Shown: piece after piece, positions 59,036 to 64,000 of the stretch
Layout of the letters: the number at the start of each line of letters is the position of its first letter
How positions within the stretch are numbered: the stretch's first letter is position 1
Source: Chachezhania sediminis
GTDB lineage: Bacteria; Pseudomonadota; Alphaproteobacteria; Rhodobacterales; Rhodobacteraceae
DNA: 64,000 nucleotides
NCBI RefSeq assembly: GCF_009765275.1
Contig: NZ_VOPH01000004.1
Location: forward strand, 315,810-379,809
Direction of reading: 5' to 3'
Position numbers and translations under genes: made by a program
The notes under the pieces: generated by a model
Told to the model about the DNA's origin: nothing
Database searches by the model: none
The model's input: the letters and a program-made list of their open reading frames with translations, nothing else

Positions 59036-60685
59036 ATGCAAAGCCAAGCGAAATCCAGAATTGCAGTCGTCGGGTTCGGCCCCCGCGGCCTTGGCGCGCT
59101 GGAAGCGCTGGCAGCCCGGCTTCCGCATGCGTGGCACCCGCTGGCGGTAGAGATCTTCGAACCGTTCCCCGCGCGCGGCGCGGGCCCGAATTTCGACCCG
59201 GCGGAAAGCCCTTTCTGCCGGCTGAACATTCCCTTGCGCGATATAGACATCCGCCCGCCGGACATCGGGGCCTGCGGGTCCTTCGCCGACTGGCTGCCCG
59301 GTCCCGTGGACCCGGACGTCTTTCCGCCACGGACCGAAATCGGCCGCTACCTGGAAGCGCGGGTCAGGGATCTGTGCAAAGACAAGGCGCTGTCCCTGAC
59401 ATTCCATGCAGATCATGTGCTGGCGGCCGAACAGGTGGGCACGGGCTGGCGGATGAAGGCGGGCGACGCTTGGCATGGCCCCTATGACGAGGTTCTGCTG
59501 ACGGTCGGCCAGCCGAAGGTTTCGCCCGACGATCAGCTGGCCGAATGGCAGGCCCATGCAGATGAAACGGGCGCCGCGCTGGCCGATGCCTATCCCGCCC
59601 GCGATCTGGCCCGGAGGACAGAGGACTGGACAGGCAAGACCGTCGCGATCCGCGGTCTGGCGCTGTCGGCCTTCGACGTGCTGCGCGTCCTGACCGAAGC
59701 GCAAGGCGGCCGGTTCGTGGATGGCGTCTATATCCCCTCGGGGCGCGAGCCTGCGCGCATCCTGCCGTTCTCGCTGGACGGACGACCGCCGTTCCCGAAG
59801 CCGGAAACGGAAGGGATCGACGCGCTGTTCGAACCGACAGAGGCAGAGACCGGGTGCTTTCAGGACCATATCGCCAGGGCCGCGGCGGCAGATCCGGGCA
59901 CTGCGCGCGAGCTGATAGGCGCGGCCCTTTTGCCGGTCCTGGAACGGATCTGGAAAAAGGCCGGCGGCGCGGCCGACAAGGCGGCCATCGAGGACTGGCT
60001 GAGGACCGAATGGACCGACCCCGGCACGCAGGAAATCGGCGGACCGGAAAAGATCCTGCACGACGGGATCGCCATGGCCGAAGGGCGCGTGCCACCCGGC
60101 ATCGGCTACACCGCAGGTCAGGTCTGGCGGAAATGGCAGGACTCGCTGCGGTCGGGCTTCAACCCCGCCGACACGGCGCCTGAAACGGCCGAACTGATCA
60201 TCGGCTTCGACGAGGGGCTGAAGCGCTATTCCTACGGGCCGCCGGTGTCGTTCAGCCATGAACTGGCTGCGCTGATCCGGGCCGGGATCGTCGATCCGGG
60301 CCTGTCCGCAGATCCGGGGATCGAGCTGGTCTCCAACGGCTGGAAGCTGAGCGCGGACGGGCGCGAAGCCGTGGCCGAGGTGATGATCGACGCTGTCCTG
60401 CCGTCACCCGATCTGTCCATCGTGACCGATCCGCTGGTGACCGGTCTGGTGTCCGACGGTCGCCTGTCCCCGGTTGCGGACGGTATGGGCGCCCGGACAA
60501 CAGCGGATGGCACCGTGCTGGGCACGGACGGCACGCAATCCCGGGGGCTGACCTTCCTGGGCCGTCTGGCGCTTGGAAGCGTGATCGCCGCCGATTCCCT
60601 CCAAGACTGTTTTGGCGCGGCGGCCTCTCGCTGGGCCCTCGGGGTAATCGCGCGGATCGGGGCGCCTCGGACCGGCGACCGATAG
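59036..60685 (+). CDS. FAD/NAD(P)-binding-domain protein (PF13454-like)
   Basis: N-terminal GxGxxG (RIAVVGFGPRGLGAL), 549 aa, no further assignable motif. Confidence 0.6.
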   Translation: MQSQAKSRIAVVGFGPRGLGALEALAARLPHAWHPLAVEIFEPFPARGAGPNFDPAESPFCRLNIPLRDIDIRPPDIGACGSFADWLPGPVDPDVFPPRTEIGRYLEARVRDLCKDKALSLTFHADHVLAAEQVGTGWRMKAGDAWHGPYDEVLLTVGQPKVSPDDQLAEWQAHADETGAALADAYPARDLARRTEDWTGKTVAIRGLALSAFDVLRVLTEAQGGRFVDGVYIPSGREPARILPFSLDGRPPFPKPETEGIDALFEPTEAETGCFQDHIARAAAADPGTARELIGAALLPVLERIWKKAGGAADKAAIEDWLRTEWTDPGTQEIGGPEKILHDGIAMAEGRVPPGIGYTAGQVWRKWQDSLRSGFNPADTAPETAELIIGFDEGLKRYSYGPPVSFSHELAALIRAGIVDPGLSADPGIELVSNGWKLSADGREAVAEVMIDAVLPSPDLSIVTDPLVTGLVSDGRLSPVADGMGARTTADGTVLGTDGTQSRGLTFLGRLALGSVIAADSLQDCFGAAASRWALGVIARIGAPRTGDR

Positions 60686-60782
60686 AAGTCCGCGGAACGC
60701 CGGTCCGTCGCGTGCCTGTCAGGCCATGCCGTTTAGGTCCGCGGGCAGTCTCTGGCCCTTTGAGGCGTCCAGCAGGGCAAGG

Positions 60783-61172
60783 TCATTCCAGATCGGTCTG
60801 AATCCAGCGTGGCGAATGGTGGATGTCGATGGTCTGCAGCCGCCCAGGCCCCAGGTTGATAAACTTGTGGGGCAGGCCCTTTGGGCCGAACACGACCTCT
60901 CCGGCGCTGGCTTCGATCACCTGGTCGCCGACGAAGAAGCGGGCGTTGCCCATCAGCACCACGAAGGTTTCGTCATAGGGATGGACGTGCAGCAGCGGCC
61001 CTTCGCCCGGCGTGTCGTTGCCATAGGCCAGCACCGTGGTTTCAGAGTTCAGGCCTTCGCCGTTCAGCGACCCGCGCCAGGCGGTCTCGACGCCGGGATC
61101 GAACAGCCGCTCCTTGGTCGCGGGGCGGTCGTCGGCCGTGACCGTGGACGGATCGAAATCGTGGCGCGCCAT
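60783..61172 (-). CDS. Cupin-domain protein
   Basis: Cupin motifs (HVHPYDETFVVLMGNARF...GEVVFGPKGLPHKF). Confidence 0.65.
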   Translation of the reverse strand: MARHDFDPSTVTADDRPATKERLFDPGVETAWRGSLNGEGLNSETTVLAYGNDTPGEGPLLHVHPYDETFVVLMGNARFFVGDQVIEASAGEVVFGPKGLPHKFINLGPGRLQTIDIHHSPRWIQTDLE

Positions 61173-61382
61173 CTATTCCGACCCTTCGCGCAAGGTGTCG
61201 GCCACCAACGCATTCGCGTGGCCGTGGCCCATCCCGTGCTCCTGCTTTAGCCAGGTCACCAGCTCCATGTGCTTCATCGGCCCCTGCGCGCGGATCAACG
61301 CCTTCCATTCCGCGATCGGGCGCCCGTACTTGGCCTCGATCGACGGAAAATAGGACGCGGGTCCCTTCACCTTGTCGGTCAT
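61173..61382 (-). CDS. DUF4287-domain protein (70 aa)
   Basis: MTDKVKGPASYFPSIEAKYGRPIAEWKALIRAQGPMKHMELVTWLKQEHGMGHGHANALV. A GGGGGGA Shine-Dalgarno precedes the start. Immediately upstream of the cupin gene. Confidence 0.6.
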   Translation of the reverse strand: MTDKVKGPASYFPSIEAKYGRPIAEWKALIRAQGPMKHMELVTWLKQEHGMGHGHANALVADTLREGSE

Positions 61383-61576
61383 GATGTCCCCCCATGCATG
61401 CAGGGGCAGACACAACCCGGAACTGTCTGCGGCGTCAACATCGGACCTGCGTACCCAAGGGGGGTCGTAAACATTCAGGCGCGGATGCAGTTTTGCCGCT
61501 GACAGTATAGGTTAAACCGGGACTGCGACCCACTCTCGCGGTCCGACGCACGTATTCTTCAGAAAGCGAGGGGAAA

Positions 61577-62248
61577 TTGAGCCCAGCTGCAGACGATCAT
61601 GGCAGGTCCCTTGGTGCCGCCCTGGTGGACAGCATCGCGTCCCCGGAAGGTATCGATGCCTTGGCGGCTGTCGCCGATGCCGGTGTGGATGCGGTGGTCA
61701 CTTCTGGTGCGTTGGACGGGGTTCCCATTCTAGGGATCGTCACCGGCCTAGTGCGCGCAGGACGGAGTATCGGGGACGAATTGTTCCTGAGAAAGACCGC
61801 CAGGTTCCTGGCCGGCATGTCCAGTACGACACCCAAGGCAAGGCGGCGCTTCGTCGAAGACTTAAAGGAAATGAAGCGAGTTCATGAGTTCGGCGAGACG
61901 GTCCTTCTGATTCTGGAACGGGCCGATGACACGAAGAAGCCGCTTATCGTTGGGCGCCTCATGGCCGCGCATGTCGAAGGCGGGCTGACTTATGATCAGG
62001 CCATGCGACTGGCCGCAATGGTCAACAGATGTTACATGCCCGATCTGCTTTATCTCTTGAAGTTTCAGCCCGGTCTTCAAGGAAAGATGGAGGAGATTGC
62101 CGATGCTCTTCATTTCGCGGGGTTGCTTCGGAAAGCCGGAAGCGATGAGGGCCACCCCAGCGACCCGGAATCTGGCGGCACACAGTACGAACTGAACCAG
62201 TACGCCAAGCTTTTGTTGAAGTACGGCTTGGACGAAAGTCGGTCCTAG
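61577..62248 (+). CDS. Hypothetical protein (223 aa), TTG start
   Basis: ORF with balanced composition. A GAGGGGAAA Shine-Dalgarno precedes TTG 61577. No recognisable domain. Confidence 0.45.
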   Translation: MSPAADDHGRSLGAALVDSIASPEGIDALAAVADAGVDAVVTSGALDGVPILGIVTGLVRAGRSIGDELFLRKTARFLAGMSSTTPKARRRFVEDLKEMKRVHEFGETVLLILERADDTKKPLIVGRLMAAHVEGGLTYDQAMRLAAMVNRCYMPDLLYLLKFQPGLQGKMEEIADALHFAGLLRKAGSDEGHPSDPESGGTQYELNQYAKLLLKYGLDESRS

Positions 62249-62355
62249 AACGTGCGCGTAGCGTGGCGCGGGCAGGTAACCTGGATACCCAAGACGCAGA
62301 ACGCCGCGCTTTGGTTTGCGCGGCGCAGCTTTTTTCGCCTGTCACGCCGGCCGCC

Positions 62356-62913
62356 TCACTGGTGCACCCTGCGGAACTCGAAGACCCGTGCCGGGGGCAG
62401 GTTGTTCCAGACCATGCCGCGGTGGCGGCAGGTGATGCCCAGTTCGGCCCGCATGTCTTCCGCGATGGGCGGCGTCGGGCTGTAGGTGATCTGGGTGAAG
62501 AACCCGTCCTTCGCCATGACTTTCAGGGCCGTGCCCACGACCTCGCGCTGGATCTTGGGGCGCGCCAGCACCGGAACCCCGGAAATCACGGCCGAGATAT
62601 CGGTCAGGCCTAACTGGTCGATTTCCTGCGCAGGGCGGTTCAGGACGGTCACGCCCGGGAACTTCAGCCGCAGCGCCTCGCAGAAGCGTTCGTTGGTCTC
62701 CATCAGCGTCACCCGCTCCGGTGCCACGCCGCGGGCCAGGATCGCCTTTGTGAAGCTGCCGGTGCCCGGCCCGATCTCGACGATCGGCCCCGTCGTGGCC
62801 TCCAGCCCTTCGGTCATCTTTCGTGCCACGGCCGCCGAAGAGGGCGCAATCGCCACCACCTCGGTCGGCCGGCGGATCATCTCCCCCAGGAATACCGCAA
62901 AATCGTTTGCCAT
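62356..62913 (-). CDS. Class I SAM-dependent methyltransferase (phospholipid/rRNA-adenine N-methyltransferase-like)
   Basis: Motif I VEIGPGTGSFT. Start at MANDFAV. Confidence 0.65.
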   Translation of the reverse strand: MANDFAVFLGEMIRRPTEVVAIAPSSAAVARKMTEGLEATTGPIVEIGPGTGSFTKAILARGVAPERVTLMETNERFCEALRLKFPGVTVLNRPAQEIDQLGLTDISAVISGVPVLARPKIQREVVGTALKVMAKDGFFTQITYSPTPPIAEDMRAELGITCRHRGMVWNNLPPARVFEFRRVHQ

Positions 62914-63142
62914 GTGCGCAGTCCCGCTCCAGTTCCGTCGACATGACCGGTTGCCGGTCGATCCTTGATCGACTGCCTGCAGCACATCCCGGCCGTGTCT
63001 TATTAACGTTAATCTTTCGGAAAACTGTCAACCGGGCGGACGGCAAGTCCCCGCCGGTCGTGGCCGGTTCATGGAGTTGTCACATGCAAAGCGCCGGAGA
63101 CACAGGTCACCGGCGCTATTGTATCTGTCCTGGAAAGGTCTT

Positions 63143-63655
63143 TTATTTCCGGAACTTGTCCAGCGAAACGATTTCGGCATCGGCGCGGGGACGGTCGGGA
63201 TCGGTCGAACCGTCACCGTTGCCTTCGCCATCCTGACGATCCGCCGACCGCAGCGGGCGTTCGGTCACCAGAACGTCTTCGTCATCATCTTCCTCGTCGT
63301 CCTCGGGCGCCTCGAAGCGCAGGCCGAATTCGACGGAGGGGTCCACGAAGGTCCGGATCGCGGTGTAGGGGATATAAAGCGGTTCGGGCATGTCGCCAAA
63401 GTTCAGCGTGATGGCAAAACCGTCTTCGCCGACGTCCAGATTGTCATACCAGTGCTGCAGGACCACCGTCATCTCGGCCGGATAGCGGTCGGCCAGGCGG
63501 TCGGCCATCTGGACCCCGGGATGGGTCGTGTCGAAGGTGATGAAGAAATGGTGTGCGCCCGGCAATCCTTCGGCTTCTACGCCTTCCAGGACGGTTCGGA
63601 TGAGCCCGCGCATCGCCGCGTGCATCAGGTTGCCATAGTCGATTTCGCGCGCCAT
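63143..63655 (-). CDS. sspB: ClpXP adaptor SspB (stringent starvation protein B)
   Basis: Conserved N-terminal domain (IDYGNLMHAAMRGLIRTVLEGV...HHFFITFDT) and an acidic C-terminal tail ending with a ClpX-binding-like motif. Confidence 0.75.
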   Translation of the reverse strand: MAREIDYGNLMHAAMRGLIRTVLEGVEAEGLPGAHHFFITFDTTHPGVQMADRLADRYPAEMTVVLQHWYDNLDVGEDGFAITLNFGDMPEPLYIPYTAIRTFVDPSVEFGLRFEAPEDDEEDDDEDVLVTERPLRSADRQDGEGNGDGSTDPDRPRADAEIVSLDKFRK

Positions 63656-63798
63656 TCCTGCTTCCTTCGGGTTCCGCCGTTCCCCACGCCGACCCATGTC
63701 ACCAGTTCCTGACTGGCAGAATAGGGGATTCGGGTGAAAACGAAAGGGGCTGCGCACGGGCGCGAATGTCAACGCCTTGCGTGGCAGCTCGGCACGTC

Positions 63799-64000
63799 CG
63801 GACCGGACTAGACGACGCCGAAAATCCAGCCCGCCAGCGCCCCCAAAACGGCGCCTGCGGCCAGCGTTTCCCCCAGGCTGCGGCCCAGCCGCAACATGGC
63901 CAGTGCAGCCAGCGCCGTCAGCGCCAGGGCCAGCGGCTGCAGGCCGGACCAGGCCGGCCAGGGCAGGGACAAGGGGCCCAGGTCCAACTGGCCGACCTGC
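63799..64000 (-). CDS. Membrane protein, C-terminal part (5' end lies beyond the window end)
   Basis: Minus-strand frame encodes hydrophobic ...ALALTALAALAMLRLGRSLGETLAAGAVLGALAGWIFGVV* and runs off the window edge. Confidence 0.35.

Noticed and set aside
58123-60259. Minus-strand ORFs of 380 aa and 424 aa
   Set aside because: Antisense to the creatinase and FAD/NAD(P)-binding protein genes.

Overview
High-GC (about 65%) alphaproteobacterial chromosome segment, probably Rhodobacteraceae-like. Genes are densely packed and many adjacent genes are translationally coupled through ATGA start/stop overlaps. Recognisable housekeeping genes are tgt, lon (with a sigma-32-type heat-shock promoter), an HU-like gene, tRNA-Val(CAC), fumC and sspB.

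Most of the window is accessory or catabolic:
- a MarR / CoA-ligase / enoyl-CoA hydratase / TRAP-transporter cluster;
- a nine-gene operon with overlapping start/stop codons. It encodes a THI5/NMT1-type ABC transporter, a cytosine-deaminase-family amidohydrolase, an FAD-linked oxidase, two NAD(P)H:quinone-oxidoreductase-like flavoproteins, a 2OG-Fe(II) oxygenase and a creatininase-family hydrolase. A second 2OG oxygenase and a TetR gene lie upstream;
- an orphan Rieske oxygenase with a divergent IclR gene;
- a creatinase with a TTG start.

The most unusual items are:
1. a group-I truncated haemoglobin translationally coupled to a PAS-like class III nucleotidyl cyclase. It sits next to a CadC-like winged-helix/TPR regulator, and a cNMP-binding-domain-fused NhaP antiporter lies elsewhere in the window;
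2. a lower-GC mosaic segment directly downstream of tRNA-Val. It holds an IS3 OrfA remnant, a membrane-sensor MCP coupled to a small secreted protein, a 750-bp AT-rich noncoding tract and a roughly 475-aa tandem-repeat protein gene. That gene is broken by two -1 frameshifts, each at a G5 run that one extra G would repair;
3. a 5'-truncated sulfatase remnant with no stop codon separating it from an SPFH-protein gene;
4. a fumC-coupled DUF4169/RHH pair.

No CRISPR array, rRNA or intact mobile element was seen. All functional calls are inferred from motifs and gene context, without database searches.
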